From contig CAYQXR010000001.1 in NCBI GenBank assembly GCA_964421625.1, positions 40,756 through 104,755 on the forward strand: 64,000 nucleotides of DNA, read 5' to 3'. Numbering within the stretch: position 1 is the stretch's first letter; the number at the start of each line of letters is the position of its first letter. Source of the DNA: an uncultured Gemmatimonadaceae bacterium (lineage in GTDB: Bacteria; Gemmatimonadota; Gemmatimonadetes; Gemmatimonadales; GWC2-71-9). This document shows positions 63,125 through 64,000 of this stretch, piece by piece. Under the pieces are notes generated by a model. The model did no database searches. It had not been told where the DNA came from and worked only from the letters and a program-made list of their open reading frames with translations. The position numbers and the translations under genes are program-made.

Positions 63125-64000
63125 GTGGTGACCAGCTCCCGCACCCGCGGCATCACCCTGCCACCATACAGCGCGATGCACCGCATCAACTGGTCGTGGG
63201 AGAGTGCCCCTGCACTGTACTTGAGGTCGAAGCGCGAGACCCCCAGCGCGGAGACCGCCGCGGCGATCCGTCGGGCCACGGTGTCCGGCGAACCGACGTA
63301 GAGCGAGCCGTGCTCCACCTCCATGTCGAACTGCGCCCGGCTCATCGGCGGCCATCCCCGCTCGGCGCCGATCCGCGCCATCATGGCCCGGTACGGCGGC
63401 CAGAACTCTTCGCGGGCCTGTTCGTCCGTGTCGGCGATGTAGCCGGGCGAGTGCATTCCCACCGGCTGCGGCGCATGACCGTGTTCGGCCAGTGAGCGGT
63501 GATAGAGATCGATGTAGGGTGCAAACCGGCGCGGGTCGCCGCCGATGACCGCCAGCATCAGACCCAGGCCGTGTCGAGCCGCCCGCCCGACCGACTGGGG
63601 TGAGCCACCGACGCCGACCCAGGCGGGCAGTCGCCCGGAGGCCACCGGTGGGTACACCGTCTGGTTGTGCAGCGGAGCCCGGGTGGTGCCCTGCCAGGTG
63701 ACCGGCTGCTGCGCCAGCAGCTTCACCAGGAGATCAAGTCGCTCCTCGAAGAGCAACTCATAGTCGTCCATCGGAAAGCCGAACAGGGGGAATGATTCCG
63801 TGAACGACCCCCGTCCGACGATGATCTCGGCGCGACCGTTCGACGCGGCGTCGAGTGTGGCGAAGCGCTGAAAGACGCGCACCGGGTCGTCGGATGACAG
63901 GACGGTCACGGCACTGCCGAGTCGGATCTGAGAGGTCCGGCCGGCCATGGCGGCGAGAAGGACCTCGGGTGCCGAGATCGCAAAATCAGGCCGGTGGTGC
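63121..64000 (-). CDS. LLM-class flavin-dependent oxidoreductase (5' end beyond window)
   Basis: The frame stays open upstream of ATG 63948 to the window end (HHRPDFAISAPEVLLAAMAGRTSQIRLGSAV), which is a typical luciferase-like monooxygenase region. Confidence 0.8.
   Translation of the reverse strand, partial: HHRPDFAISAPEVLLAAMAGRTSQIRLGSAVTVLSSDDPVRVFQRFATLDAASNGRAEIIVGRGSFTESFPLFGFPMDDYELLFEERLDLLVKLLAQQPVTWQGTTRAPLHNQTVYPPVASGRLPAWVGVGGSPQSVGRAARHGLGLMLAVIGGDPRRFAPYIDLYHRSLAEHGHAPQPVGMHSPGYIADTDEQAREEFWPPYRAMMARIGAERGWPPMSRAQFDMEVEHGSLYVGSPDTVARRIAAAVSALGVSRFDLKYSAGALSHDQLMRCIALYGGRVMPRVRELVTT

Noticed and set aside
1-64000. tRNA, rRNA, tmRNA and riboswitch candidates in intergenic regions.
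   Set aside because: Intergenic regions are short. None showed cloverleaf-like stem sets, rRNA-like conserved stretches or riboswitch cores that I recognise by eye. A covariance-model scan (tRNAscan-SE or Infernal/Rfam) would be needed to exclude small RNAs, especially in 8882..9178 and 61034..61279.

Overview
High-GC bacterial chromosomal window, densely coded, with about 70 supportable CDS. The gene content suggests a soil or sediment lineage such as Gemmatimonadota, but that is a low-confidence inference. I saw no rRNA, tRNA or CRISPR array.

Gene content by region:
- **1-8 kb:** yidC (5' truncated by the window edge), mnmE, an MBL-fold hydrolase, an MscS-like channel and a SitABCD/MntABCD-type metal ABC importer.
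- **8-25 kb:** secreted peptidases (M20, two M28, S9/DPP-IV), DoxX, DinB, a cyclophilin and a GMC-flavoprotein dehydrogenase cluster.
- **25.4-34.5 kb:** a clade-II (Sec/lipoprotein) nitrous-oxide reductase cluster on the minus strand. Its order is cupin, two 4-TM proteins, nosZ, nosB-like, nosL, nosD, nosF, nosY, cupredoxin. A divergent Crp/Fnr regulator and a DUF2249 gene sit next to it.
- **34.5-41.5 kb:** rocD, nif3, parB, parA, two consensus parS sites and mnmG.
- **41.5-43 kb:** a complete ISNCY-type insertion sequence with inverted repeats and a 12-bp target duplication.
- **53-64 kb:** a NatAB-like ABC exporter, beta-carbonic anhydrase, OsmC, tmk, an aldo/keto reductase, an LVIVD-type propeller lipoprotein, DUF305, a CPBP protease and an LLM oxidoreductase (truncated by the window end).

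Most interesting observations:
1. **48.1-53.2 kb block.** A segmentally duplicated block that I cannot assign to a known system. It holds an ECF-like sigma factor, two copies of a small HExxH lipoprotein (one frameshifted) and five tandem paralogues of a ~191-aa secreted Cys-containing protein (one an internal-deletion chimera). A conserved ECF-style promoter motif precedes each lipoprotein gene.
2. **Two 4-TM proteins upstream of nosZ.** They resemble helices X-XII of heme-copper oxidase subunit I and keep its HxH motif. They are co-operonic with a cupin that ends in a CCAGC tail. The nos cluster has no nosR/X, nosG/H or cytochrome c gene.
3. **A TGTGAC-N4-GTCACA box** found three times around the Crp/Fnr gene and upstream of nosZ.
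4. **A REP-like 24-nt palindromic element** present at three loci.

Many long ORFs in the supplied track are antisense or off-frame shadows of real genes, as expected at this GC content. I rejected them.
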